A DNA stretch of 20,000 nt from an uncultured virus (IMG/VR IMGVR_UViG_3300045256_000415) (IMGVR_UViG_3300045256_000415), one strand, 5' to 3'; shown: positions 6,916 through 15,962, numbered from the stretch's first letter. Made by a program: numbers and translations. The notes: generated from the sequence alone by a model not told the origin.

Positions 6916-8288
6916 CCCATGTAGAACGGCGAGAAAATAACCACTTCACCGGCTCCACGCTCTTTCACGAGGGCGTGGAGCATCTGCATTGTCGAAGAAT
7001 TATCCACGTTATCATCGACGATCAAGACCCGCTTCCCCTTCACGTCGTCGAGTCCTTCCCCACTATACAACTGCATGTACTGCTTGTAGTCGTCCATCTG
7101 CAGGGCCTTAATCGGTGGCTTCTTGTCTTGGTACGGCCCCAGCCCGGCGTCAAGGAACCCAATCTTGCTCTGCACCCAATAGTCGGCCCAACGCGGGTCC
7201 AGCGGCGTCAGGGATTCGCCGGGATCCACTGCCGGCAGCGTCTTCGCGTCCATGGTGCGGGTTTCTTGCTGAGCCTTGGCGATCCGTTCCGGTGTGAAGA
7301 CCATGTTCTTGAGGTACTTGCCAGTCTGCACAGCCTCGTCGTGGTACTGCCACGCCCGCTCGTAGAGCGAACGAAAGTCGATAGCCACGTCCCGACCCAA
7401 CAACTTATTCAAGGTCACTACCGGCGTCCCGGCCCCGCCCCTAGCCTTGAGAAGCCCAATCAGCTTACCGTTGAAGTCCGATGAAGACTCCGGGGCGACA
7501 ATGAAGTCGAAAGGCTGAGGAAATAGACGAACGAAGTTGTTGACGGCCCGTTCCAGGACCTGACGCGACATCTCCTGTTCGCCAGCCGCGGTAGGATTCT
7601 TGATCTTCTTGGCCAAAGACTCCTTAGCATAATCCAGGATCTCACCAGAAAACTTGCCACGATCAAGCTCAGCATCCCGCAGCAGTGCCCTGGTAAGACC
7701 GGCCACCCGCCCGACCTTAAGCTTGGTCATCGCGTCAAGGTACGATGGCAATAGCGTCTTCAACTCCTGGAGTGCTGGCCAGTGCTCCTGAAACTCCGGA
7801 TCACCCAGGTAGTTCTTATCCATCGTCTTGATGATGCCGCGTAGATCTTTCCGGGTGAACTGGCCGGCATCGTCGAAGATCTTCCCCAGCATCTTCTGGA
7901 CACGCTCGGCGTCGTCCTTACTGATGTTGATAGAAGGGAACTGAGACTCCACTTCTGGGCCGCGGTAAGATTCTCTCGGCACAACCGAGAAGGCGTAGTA
8001 AATCTTGGCCCCGCGGAAGCTAGCCCTGGCGTATGGCGAATCGGGCAGAACCGGTAATTGAGTTACACTGTTGAGTGGGTTGAGGTGAACAAGATCTTCG
8101 GGACTGTCCTCATCACGATACTGGTACGGGCGGTTCATGAAAAGGTCTACGAGCCCACCCGAACCCCTAGCACCACCGTGCTGGCCTTTACCGGTGGCAG
8201 CTTTCTTACGGGCGGCCTCGATCCCCGCTGGGTCGAGGCCGGTTGTATTGCCGAAGAAGATGCCTTCACGGATAGTACGTAGTCGCAT
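6912..8288 (-). CDS. Large protein with C-terminal phosphoribosyltransferase-like motif
   Basis: KGKRVLIVDDNVDNSSTM resembles the PRPP-binding loop; FDFIVAPESSS upstream; GGAGGAGG before the ATG at 8288. Confidence 0.65.
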   Translation of the reverse strand: MRLRTIREGIFFGNTTGLDPAGIEAARKKAATGKGQHGGARGSGGLVDLFMNRPYQYRDEDSPEDLVHLNPLNSVTQLPVLPDSPYARASFRGAKIYYAFSVVPRESYRGPEVESQFPSINISKDDAERVQKMLGKIFDDAGQFTRKDLRGIIKTMDKNYLGDPEFQEHWPALQELKTLLPSYLDAMTKLKVGRVAGLTRALLRDAELDRGKFSGEILDYAKESLAKKIKNPTAAGEQEMSRQVLERAVNNFVRLFPQPFDFIVAPESSSDFNGKLIGLLKARGGAGTPVVTLNKLLGRDVAIDFRSLYERAWQYHDEAVQTGKYLKNMVFTPERIAKAQQETRTMDAKTLPAVDPGESLTPLDPRWADYWVQSKIGFLDAGLGPYQDKKPPIKALQMDDYKQYMQLYSGEGLDDVKGKRVLIVDDNVDNSSTMQMLHALVKERGAGEVVIFSPFYMG

Positions 8289-8317
8289 GTGGGGTGCCTC
8301 CTCCACCTATATTTGGC

Positions 8318-9070
8318 CTACCCCACCGCCTTCGCCACGAACATCACATCCCGGTCCAGGTCCTCGATCGGCCGATAGGCGTGACCCGGCCGTCCGAATC
8401 GGAACAACTGGAATCCCGTCATCTCCAACAGGAGCTTGACCTCATTCGGGAAGAAATACCGCTGGGTGTGCCACTCCTCCCGCGTCTCCAGTTTCCCCTC
8501 AGTCGGCACCCACCACTTGTAATGGCAGGTGACGGTGCTTTTCTCGGCACACAACTTCGGGGTCATGCTCCGAAGGATGTGGGTGCCGTTGTAAGAAATC
8601 TCGCGGAGCCGCGGAGCCGGCTTCTCCAGAAGAATAGCCGGGCCGTACCAGACGTCAAACACGAACATACCACCCGGCCGGAGGTGGCTGCGGACGTTGC
8701 GGAGGGTGGCGATAACCTCCTCGTTGGCGTGCTGGTAGCCCAGGACCGCCGACATCATCGCCACCACATCGAACTGCTGGTCGAGGTTGAACGTCCGGGC
8801 GTTGCCCTGTTGAAACTTGACCTCTGGCACCTTCTGGCGGGCGATCGCCAGCATCTCATCAGAAAGGTCCACGCCGACGACGTTGAAGTCCTTCTTGAAG
8901 TATTGACTGTGGTTGCCAGTACCGCACCCCAGGTCCAGCAGGTCGGCCTTCCCGGACTTCTGCACAAGCTCAGCCGCAAGCTCCGAGACAGCACGGGCCT
9001 CGGCCAAGAACTGCTGGTCCTTGTATAGAGCGTCATAGATGGCTGCGTAGTCCTTGCCGAACAGATTCAT
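8318..9070 (-). CDS. Class I SAM-dependent methyltransferase
   Basis: LLDLGCGTG, VGVDLSDEML, FDVV, HLRPGGMFVFDVW motifs; ATGA overlap with the upstream gene. Confidence 0.92.
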   Translation of the reverse strand: MNLFGKDYAAIYDALYKDQQFLAEARAVSELAAELVQKSGKADLLDLGCGTGNHSQYFKKDFNVVGVDLSDEMLAIARQKVPEVKFQQGNARTFNLDQQFDVVAMMSAVLGYQHANEEVIATLRNVRSHLRPGGMFVFDVWYGPAILLEKPAPRLREISYNGTHILRSMTPKLCAEKSTVTCHYKWWVPTEGKLETREEWHTQRYFFPNEVKLLLEMTGFQLFRFGRPGHAYRPIEDLDRDVMFVAKAVG

Positions 9071-10155
9071 AGGATCTCCAGGAGTGTGGTTGCGACCGTT
9101 CGAATCTGCTCTTCAGTGAGAGCTACGCCGGATGGCAGATACAAGCCATTCCGGGACAACCGATCCGTTACCGGGAAGTTGTCACCATCGACCAGGATAT
9201 CGGGTTGCTCGTGGAGCCCGATGAAAAATGGCCGTGTCTCGATCCCCTTCTCACGGAGGGCCTTGATGACCGGCTTGGCGGGCCTGTCCAGGACAATACC
9301 GTACATCCAGTAGACGTTGGTCGCCCATTCTCGTTCAACCGGCCGCTGAATCGACGGGTGGTCCAGTAGCTGATGATACAGCTTGGCTATCTTCCGCTTA
9401 GCCTTGATATTCTGATCCAGCCGCTTGATCTGAGCCACACCAACCGCCGCTTGCAGATCGGTCATGCGGTAGTTGTGACCGAGAGCGGTATGTCGGAATC
9501 GGTCATCACCCTTTCCGAAGCATAGGTTGCGGAAAGAACGGAGATGGTCAGCCCAATAATCGGCATCGGTTAGGATCATCCCACCTTCGCCTGTGGTCAC
9601 CAACTTATTGGAGTAGAAGCTGAAGCAGGACATGTGCCCGGCACTACCGGCCTTCCCGCGGCCATCCCATCGTTGGTATTCGCCGCCGTGAGCTTGGGCC
9701 GCGTCCTCAATGACGTACAACCCTTCGCTCTCGGCATACTGCATCAGACTTTCCATATCCACCGGGTGCCCGTACATGTGCACCGGCATGATGGCTCTGG
9801 TCTTGTTAGTTCGGACCTGGGAGAGTTGCTCCAGATCCATACACCAAGTATCTGGGTCCACGTCCACGAGAACGGGCTGGAGTTTGTTGCGAATGGCGGC
9901 TAGGGCACAAGAGATGATGGTGAACGAGGGCATAATGATCTCGCTGCCCGGCGGTAGCTCCAGGGCAGCGACGGCGAGTTCGAGGGCGACGGTGCCATTG
10001 GCGACGGCGACTCCGTACCGCTTGCCGCAGTAGTCGGCCCATTGCTGCTCGAATTCCTGAACGTAACGACCGGCTGCGATCCAATTGTCCTCTACGCATT
10101 TGCGGAGGTTCTGCCATTCCTCATCGCCTATGAGGGGTTCGCATACCGGAATCAT
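9067..10155 (-). CDS. DegT/DnrJ/EryC1/StrS PLP-dependent sugar aminotransferase (perosamine synthetase-like)
   Basis: NGTVALELA, PVHMYGHP, VIEDAAQAHG, SFYSNKLVTTGEGGM (PLP lysine), GHNYRMTDLQAAVG, GLYLPSG. Confidence 0.95.
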   Translation of the reverse strand: MIPVCEPLIGDEEWQNLRKCVEDNWIAAGRYVQEFEQQWADYCGKRYGVAVANGTVALELAVAALELPPGSEIIMPSFTIISCALAAIRNKLQPVLVDVDPDTWCMDLEQLSQVRTNKTRAIMPVHMYGHPVDMESLMQYAESEGLYVIEDAAQAHGGEYQRWDGRGKAGSAGHMSCFSFYSNKLVTTGEGGMILTDADYWADHLRSFRNLCFGKGDDRFRHTALGHNYRMTDLQAAVGVAQIKRLDQNIKAKRKIAKLYHQLLDHPSIQRPVEREWATNVYWMYGIVLDRPAKPVIKALREKGIETRPFFIGLHEQPDILVDGDNFPVTDRLSRNGLYLPSGVALTEEQIRTVATTLLEIL

Positions 10156-10550
10156 CAGAACCGCTCCTTTTCAGCCACACCGGAGTAGGGGCCTTGCTTC
10201 ACTTCAAGCATTACGGTATCTTCTTCCATGCGGAAACCGTGGCCACCGGCAACAATGATGATGAGGTCGCCTTCCTTAAGTTCCCGACTGGCGATGAGTG
10301 TCTTGTCATCGTCGTAGAAGTCCACGTAGCACTTCCCTTTAAGAATGAGAAGGACTTCTGTGGTGCCGGTTAGTTCACGCTTGACAGGGTTGTGGAAGTG
10401 CCTGGGGACTTCACCGCCAGCTGGGTAGACGATATAGCCTACCTGCTGGCCGACCTCATCAGAAGTAATGAACGTAGTCTTGTTGGGAAGCGGGGCCTTA
10501 GGCACAATATAGGCCAGGGTCCGACACTTGTAGTCCACTTGCTGGTACAC
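10155..10550 (-). CDS. Cupin-fold protein of sugar-nucleotide clusters
   Basis: H-x-H...E...GGHGF...EVKQGPY cupin motifs; TGATG coupling to the aminotransferase. Confidence 0.8.
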   Translation of the reverse strand: MYQQVDYKCRTLAYIVPKAPLPNKTTFITSDEVGQQVGYIVYPAGGEVPRHFHNPVKRELTGTTEVLLILKGKCYVDFYDDDKTLIASRELKEGDLIIIVAGGHGFRMEEDTVMLEVKQGPYSGVAEKERF

Positions 10551-10551
10551 G

Positions 10552-11256
10552 TTATCTCTCGTGTGATGGTGGGATATGCTGGCCCTCTCGCGGGTGGTAG
10601 ATGGCCAGAAGCGGGTCCACCCAGATTTGAAAGCCTAGTTCCTTGATATTCTGGCAGAGGCTGCGAACCTCTTCGTTGCCACAACGAGCCCCCTTCGCCA
10701 GAACTTCGTATTTCATGAAGGCACATCCCACCCCATCCACCTCGAACAGTTGGTTGTTCTTGTAGCAGCGATGGTAAGGAGAGCGATTGATGAAATTGAT
10801 ACCGTCTTTGTGGTAAGCCCACGAATCCCGGAAAAAGACGCTTTTCTCGAAGTAGAGCATCGGCGAGATGACATGCTTGTCCCGAAGGATCATTTTCGAG
10901 ATCACATCCGGACCCACTGTGATGTCAGAATCTAAAATCCAGGTGTAGTGGGCCTTCTCCATGACGGCGATATCGAGTGCCCGGTTCCAGAGTTGAGCAA
11001 GAGCTTGGAGCCGGCCAGGTTCGGCAAAGCTGCCGATTTTTGGGGTGCCTTGGTCGATCTTCTCGACGATGGTTCGGAAGCCGTTGACCTTTTTCAGTTG
11101 CTCGTAGGTGTCATCCTTACTGTCGCCCTCTATACAAATGTGCAAAACCTGCTTCCTGTCCAGTTGCCAGCGCGCCCTTTCGATAAAGGTACGGCGGACA
11201 TCTGCTGCGTTGTCCCGAAACAGGCTACAGATAGCGACTTTATTCATGATGACCAT
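10552..11256 (-). CDS. GT-A fold glycosyltransferase
   Basis: EGDSKDDT, LAQLWNRAL, WILDSD (DxD), G+GC, IWVDP...YH motifs. Confidence 0.8.
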   Translation of the reverse strand: MVIMNKVAICSLFRDNAADVRRTFIERARWQLDRKQVLHICIEGDSKDDTYEQLKKVNGFRTIVEKIDQGTPKIGSFAEPGRLQALAQLWNRALDIAVMEKAHYTWILDSDITVGPDVISKMILRDKHVISPMLYFEKSVFFRDSWAYHKDGINFINRSPYHRCYKNNQLFEVDGVGCAFMKYEVLAKGARCGNEEVRSLCQNIKELGFQIWVDPLLAIYHPREGQHIPPSHER

Positions 11257-11285
11257 ACGTACCTAGCCATCACGAAGAGTGTGAA

Positions 11286-11525
11286 ATGACAACTTTCGAA
11301 CGGCTGCAGCAGATCATCGAAGAGTGCGTGGGCGCGGACATCAATGACACCCAGAGCCCGGAACAGGTGGGTCTGGACTCATTGCAAACTGCGGAGCTGT
11401 TTAGACTCATCCAACTTCGCACCGATCACCTTGACCCAACTCCCGAAAGATGACTCGTAGACGATCTCCGTGTACGGCAGATCGACCTTGAACTCATCAC
11501 TCAAGTCGACAAATCATCGCTTTGA
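11286..11525 (+). pseudogene. Acyl carrier protein gene interrupted by an internal 108-bp inversion (11403-11510)
   Basis: Plus strand gives MTTFERLQQII...GLDSLQTAELF. The reverse complement of 11403-11510 gives VDLSDEFKVDLPYTEIVYESSFGSWVKVIGAKLDES. Flipping it yields a 79-aa ACP ending KSSL* at 11525. Confidence 0.8.
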
Positions 11526-11832
11526 GCGTCCTAAATAGGCTCCATTCCTCTTCCATCTTCAAAAGCAGTCCAGTAATAGAGTTCGGGTCCTCTAAGTACC
11601 ATCGTGCGACTTGAGATCGTTCGGAAGGACCGTCGATTCGCCACAACTGCAACAGGCCATCTTCATAGTAGATGTGAAACTTCGGAAGAGAATCAAACCA
11701 TGTCACACTAAATTCAACAATCAGATACAGGATACGGCCCTGTACTCGACGGATATGCAATTCCTCGTCCTCCACGATCTTGTCGCGGAAATGGTCATAG
11801 ATTTTCTGCTCCAGTGCTGGAATGAGGTCCAT
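11497..11832 (-). CDS. Hypothetical protein (L-x-D-P-x-S family)
   Basis: Start at MDLIPALEQK avoids overlap with the divergent gene; contains WYLEDPNSI; last codons lie inside the inversion. Confidence 0.6.
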   Translation of the reverse strand: MDLIPALEQKIYDHFRDKIVEDEELHIRRVQGRILYLIVEFSVTWFDSLPKFHIYYEDGLLQLWRIDGPSERSQVARWYLEDPNSITGLLLKMEEEWSLFRTLKAMICRLE

Positions 11833-11845
11833 GTGTTTATAAACC

Positions 11846-12814
11846 ATGAACAAGCTTATCATCTATCACAGCAACTGCGGAGATGGATTCTGCTCCGCAT
11901 GGCTCTGCCACTTGGTATGGCCAGACGCCGAATTCGTCGCCGCTAATTACGGCTGGGAACCACCAGACGTACACGGCAAGGACGTGCTGATCGTGGACTT
12001 CTCCTACGATCGTAAAGTCCTGGAGAAGATGGCTAAGGAAGCCGCAACCATTAAGGTCCTGGATCACCACGAGACAGCCCGCAACAACCTCGAAGGGTTG
12101 AGCTTCTGCGTCTTCGATATGTCCAAGTCGGGTGCCCATCTAACATGGGATTACCTAATCGCTGAGGGGCTGCTCCGTCCACACGAACACTGGCCGGCCC
12201 TCGGCCCTAACTACTTCGCCCCGGTCAAGGGCGAACCCAAGCTTCACTGGCTGGTAGCCTACGTCGAAGACTACGACCTGCAGAACGAGGCTCTACCGAA
12301 CTACGACGAAATCTGCACGGCCATCCGTAACCACGACTTTACCTTCGAGGCGTATGACGCACTGGCGAAACGGTCGCCGGAGTCACTGGTGGAAGAAGGA
12401 CGACCGGTATCACGCTATCAGAACTGGTTGATCGATCATCACGTCAAGTACGCCGTGGTGGTCGAGATTAATGGCGTGAAGGGTATCGGTAGCCAATGCT
12501 CGATGAACAAGTTATGGACGAAAGTAGGGCGTGGGCTACTAAACGCTTACCCTGAGTTCCCATTCGCGGTAATCTGGCAGGATACAGCAGAAGGGCTCCG
12601 CCTTTACTCCCTGCGAGCTCGCAAAGGCGGGTTCAATGTGCGAGAGCTGGCCGAGAGTATGGGCGGCGGTGGACACACCAGCAGTGCCGGGTTCAAGGTG
12701 AATTACCAGACAAGCCTATCTGGTCCGGTCAGCCACTTGCGGCGTCCTAGACCCAAACCTGACGACCCGCGATCCGGGAAAGGTTCGAACGGCAATCAGT
12801 GTGAAGCCCATTGA
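11846..12814 (+). CDS. DHH/DHHA1 family phosphoesterase
   Basis: IYHSNCGDGFCSAW, IVDFS, LDHH, YVEDYDL, YSLR, GGGGH..SAGF motifs. Confidence 0.9.
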   Translation: MNKLIIYHSNCGDGFCSAWLCHLVWPDAEFVAANYGWEPPDVHGKDVLIVDFSYDRKVLEKMAKEAATIKVLDHHETARNNLEGLSFCVFDMSKSGAHLTWDYLIAEGLLRPHEHWPALGPNYFAPVKGEPKLHWLVAYVEDYDLQNEALPNYDEICTAIRNHDFTFEAYDALAKRSPESLVEEGRPVSRYQNWLIDHHVKYAVVVEINGVKGIGSQCSMNKLWTKVGRGLLNAYPEFPFAVIWQDTAEGLRLYSLRARKGGFNVRELAESMGGGGHTSSAGFKVNYQTSLSGPVSHLRRPRPKPDDPRSGKGSNGNQCEAH

Positions 12815-12910
12815 AAACCTTCGGATATCGGACATCCGAGTCTGGCACGCCCCTTGCGGGAGAGAAAAGCCACTCAAAATGCCCGACACCCCACGAGAAG
12901 GACAACCAAA

Positions 12911-13105
12911 ATGAGCCTCACTCTGAAGATGGCAAACGAGCAACTGACCCTATTCCAAAAGGGCGAAATGGGCCTCATCGCCATGTGGGATAAGATCGAG
13001 AATAACCTCGCTGCCACCCTGCGAAGCGACGAGCACCCCGACCCATTCGAGGACGATAAGGCCGAAAGACGTATCCGTCCAAACCGTCAGACGTTGAACA
13101 ACTAG
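12911..13105 (+). CDS. Small hypothetical protein
   Basis: AAGGA RBS before the ATG at 12911 (MSLTLKMANEQ...); gene-like codons. Confidence 0.55.
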   Translation: MSLTLKMANEQLTLFQKGEMGLIAMWDKIENNLAATLRSDEHPDPFEDDKAERRIRPNRQTLNN

Positions 13106-13443
13106 TCAGCATCAGGTTCGACATTTTCCTGGCCATCGCATTTGCGGATGATCTGGTGGGCCGTGTCTGTTACACCGTGCAGTCGCCCGATAAGCTCCGC
13201 GGATTCAATTTCGACGGCCTCAGCGACCTCATGAAAGTCTAGCTTCCCATCTTCATCGGTGCTGGTAATCTCCGCACCAAGCACAATCTTACGGATTTCG
13301 TCCGCCAGATCCGCTACGTCCATTGCGACAACGCATGCCTGGATGCGAGTAAGCGGCTTCCCACTGCGACCGATCACCGTATAGGCGACACGGTAGACTC
13401 GGCACTTCTCTAACCGCTCGTTCTTAGTGTTATGGATGCTCAT
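13102..13443 (-). CDS. Hypothetical protein
   Basis: 113-aa ATG ORF filling the interval between neighbours. Confidence 0.6.
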   Translation of the reverse strand: MSIHNTKNERLEKCRVYRVAYTVIGRSGKPLTRIQACVVAMDVADLADEIRKIVLGAEITSTDEDGKLDFHEVAEAVEIESAELIGRLHGVTDTAHQIIRKCDGQENVEPDAD

Positions 13444-13470
13444 AAAGAAAGGGGCGGCTCACGCCGCCCC
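13444..13470 (-). terminator. Intrinsic terminator
   Basis: Minus strand GGGGCGGC-GTGA-GCCGCCCC (8-bp stem, GNRA loop) followed by TTTCTTT, just after the DUF5662 stop. Confidence 0.8.
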
Positions 13471-13475
13471 TAATA

Positions 13476-13955
13476 TCAAGAGAAGGGTTCATCTAGCAGA
13501 AGTTTAAGGAACGCCTGCAGCCAGCGGTAACGGTCGCCATCGGTGTCGATCTTGTACCGTTCGACAGCCTTGGTGTTGATCCAGTCCCGCACGCTCGTTC
13601 CGAACTCGGTGGATCGGGCATATACGTCGCAGACAAACTCCGCGACGTCGATCTCGTCCATCTTGTCGAAACCGCCGTGGTACTCCGGGTGGTGACGGTT
13701 GGTGTTCTGGTGCTGCTTGATCGCCCGCCGCAGGTCTTCATCTGGCACTGTCCCCTTTGGGCGGTGCAGGAACTCCCATTCCACGCCGAAGAACTTCGAG
13801 TTGTCGTGCTCGTGAGCCCTGGCGATGAGCAGCCGCCCGAAATCCGGGCGTCCTTGAGCCATCAGACGCTTGCCGAGAAGGATGCCAGCTTCTCGAACGA
13901 GTTCGATGTGCCTGAGGAGGTTGTCAAGGTGCTGCTCCTGCGTCTGGGTACTCAT
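13476..13955 (-). CDS. DUF5662-family (HD-like) protein
   Basis: H..LV...HDNSKF...H...NRHHPEYH...MDEIDVAEFVCD..ARS motifs. Confidence 0.75.
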   Translation of the reverse strand: MSTQTQEQHLDNLLRHIELVREAGILLGKRLMAQGRPDFGRLLIARAHEHDNSKFFGVEWEFLHRPKGTVPDEDLRRAIKQHQNTNRHHPEYHGGFDKMDEIDVAEFVCDVYARSTEFGTSVRDWINTKAVERYKIDTDGDRYRWLQAFLKLLLDEPFS

Positions 13956-14455
13956 ACAGTGCCTTTTGACGCCGGGAGGACCGGTTGATCTTCAGGGAAG
14001 CTGCATGGTTCCGGCGTTTCAGCGTCGGTCACCGCGTTGTCTTCCTCGGCGTCACTTACCTTCTTGTAGCGAAGTTTGTGGGGTCCTTTCCCCACAACAA
14101 TCTGGAACTTCGCTCCAGCTTTCAGTTCCCTGAACCGTACCATCCCTGGCGGCATTTTACGCACCACAGGGGTTGGCGTATCTTCGGCTGGACTAGCTGC
14201 CTGCTGCTCCAATACTCTCTGCTCAATTTGTAACAATCTCTGCTGAGTCAGAAGGGTTTCTTTATTGAACTCCAGCCCCTCCTTGGTGTACTCCAGGAAG
14301 TAGCCCTGGTATCTAGGTCGCTGGACGATATCCACCATCTTGGCCTTCACCAGATGGAGGAGTTCCTGGTGGAAAGTGACTACGTAAGGGTGGTCCATCG
14401 GTAGACCATCGACCAGCATGGACGAAGGCGAAAGAAACAGTGGTTTGAGGTTCAT
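13952..14455 (-). CDS. Hypothetical protein
   Basis: AGAAGG RBS before MNLKPLFL; ATGA coupling to the next gene. Confidence 0.6.
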   Translation of the reverse strand: MNLKPLFLSPSSMLVDGLPMDHPYVVTFHQELLHLVKAKMVDIVQRPRYQGYFLEYTKEGLEFNKETLLTQQRLLQIEQRVLEQQAASPAEDTPTPVVRKMPPGMVRFRELKAGAKFQIVVGKGPHKLRYKKVSDAEEDNAVTDAETPEPCSFPEDQPVLPASKGTV

Positions 14456-14548
14456 CGTTGGCCTTCTCTTGAGCTTCTTGATCGGGGACGGCTCCGGCCG
14501 GATTCGGTGTCCGGAGGCCAAAGGAACGCAAAGGAGAGTCCTTCTTGG

Positions 14549-14785
14549 CTAATCTTCGAGCATCCAGGCCGGAGAACCCTCGTCCAGCACCCGGTCAAGT
14601 TCGTCGAAGCTGGGCATATCCTCCGCCAGCCGACAACACAAACTACACACCGCCGCCCCCAACGACCGGGGATCAGTCAGTTCGAACCTGGAGGACTGAT
14701 CGTGATGATTCGGGCCACCATTTACGAGGTTGACGTTACACCAGATGCGTAATTCTGGTCTTCCGGTTCCTCTTCGTGACCTCAA
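14549..14785 (-). CDS. Small hypothetical protein (L-x-D-P-x-S family)
   Basis: TTG start overlapping the upstream stop; contains FELTDPRSL. Confidence 0.45.
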   Translation of the reverse strand: MRSRRGTGRPELRIWCNVNLVNGGPNHHDQSSRFELTDPRSLGAAVCSLCCRLAEDMPSFDELDRVLDEGSPAWMLED

Positions 14786-15519
14786 GCAGTGACTTCTTCG
14801 CCCAGCTTTCCGATCAGGTCTTCGACGGCTTTTTCCTCGCTCACCGGTTCGGTTGCGGTAACGGCCTCTGCGGGCGTTTCGGTGAGCTTCGCCGCATCAG
14901 CCTCGGCCCGTGCCGCGGACCGCTCCCGCTCGTTCTCGGCCTCCTCATCGTCGAAGACCTTGACCGCCAGGTCCATTAGCCGCCGGGCTTGATCCAGGAT
15001 CAGGCACTCCGGGGCATGCTTGCCGTTCCGCTCGATGACCTCGCGGAAACCGCCCGGCACGAACAGGTCAGGCTTGCGGGGCTTGAGAATTGCCTTGCCC
15101 CCGGCATCTACTAGGAACTCCTGCTCCTCGTGCTGAGCGTTCTCCTCCTCGGAGCCGTGTTGAGCCGCGGAGTTCTTCTTTTTCTTCTTCTTCGGCTTGG
15201 GCTTCTTGATCTCCACCCGTTGCAGCAGGTGATCCACCTTGGCGTAGCGGGTGAGGTCACTGTCGGTTCCCCACTCGTCGCCGTCCAGCCATAGTTCCAC
15301 GTCGATGTTCTTGCGAACCCGGTCCTTGGGCGGGACGATCTTCGTCATCCCAAAGGATGGCTGGCCGTGCTCCTTGAGAGCCGGCTGGTTCTCCTTGGAC
15401 GAGATAGCGAAGGTGACCCCGACATCGACCCTGGCCTTGACCAGATCTTCGTGGTTATCCTTCATGACCTTTCGAACGAGAGCGAGTACGCTATCGTCGG
15501 CCGGGAAAAAGATGCTCAT
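14782..15519 (-). CDS. Putative phage metallopeptidase-family protein, catalytic motif degenerate
   Basis: H.DL..ARV...G..KI...D....LD.DEW...VDHLLQR...KPDL...GFREVIERNG pattern; strong AAGGAGG RBS. Confidence 0.6.
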   Translation of the reverse strand: MSIFFPADDSVLALVRKVMKDNHEDLVKARVDVGVTFAISSKENQPALKEHGQPSFGMTKIVPPKDRVRKNIDVELWLDGDEWGTDSDLTRYAKVDHLLQRVEIKKPKPKKKKKKNSAAQHGSEEENAQHEEQEFLVDAGGKAILKPRKPDLFVPGGFREVIERNGKHAPECLILDQARRLMDLAVKVFDDEEAENERERSAARAEADAAKLTETPAEAVTATEPVSEEKAVEDLIGKLGEEVTA

Positions 15520-15611
15520 CAGGCATTCCTCCTTATGCCGTATCTACCCACGGTGTGACCAGTCATCAAAACACGACTACCAACATCATCAGACTACTAT
15601 ATTGATCGAAC

Positions 15612-15962
15612 ATGGACATCTTCTCCAAGCCTTACTTCACCAGTCTCGTCCACTGGGGAACCAGTGACATCAGCGATCCCAAGACCAAACCGGTAATCGC
15701 ATGTGATATCGGCACCGACATCTTCCGGAAGAGGACCAACATAGTAGCCCATTTCAAAACGATCTCAGACGGCTCCCTATGGTGGGAAGAGGGCTTGCAG
15801 GCATGGGTGGTGCACATCCTCACCGACAACCTCGACGAGGGCGTATATTGCGGCTACTGTGCTATGAACGACCCAAAATACTTCAAGCTGCTGGGCAAAC
15901 TCAAGGATGGGGATAAATTCACTGAGGAGGCGAGGAAGGTGCTGGCGAGTTACGAGGCATAG
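15612..15962 (+). CDS. Hypothetical protein
   Basis: 116-aa ATG ORF with gene-like codons; AMNDPKYF near the C-terminus. Confidence 0.6.
   Translation: MDIFSKPYFTSLVHWGTSDISDPKTKPVIACDIGTDIFRKRTNIVAHFKTISDGSLWWEEGLQAWVVHILTDNLDEGVYCGYCAMNDPKYFKLLGKLKDGDKFTEEARKVLASYEA

Noticed and set aside
11405..11498. ACTCATC repeats (11405-11411, 11492-11498) as the inversion recombination sites
   Set aside because: They are direct repeats lying inside the inverted segment; the reading frames place the breakpoints at TTT/AAA.
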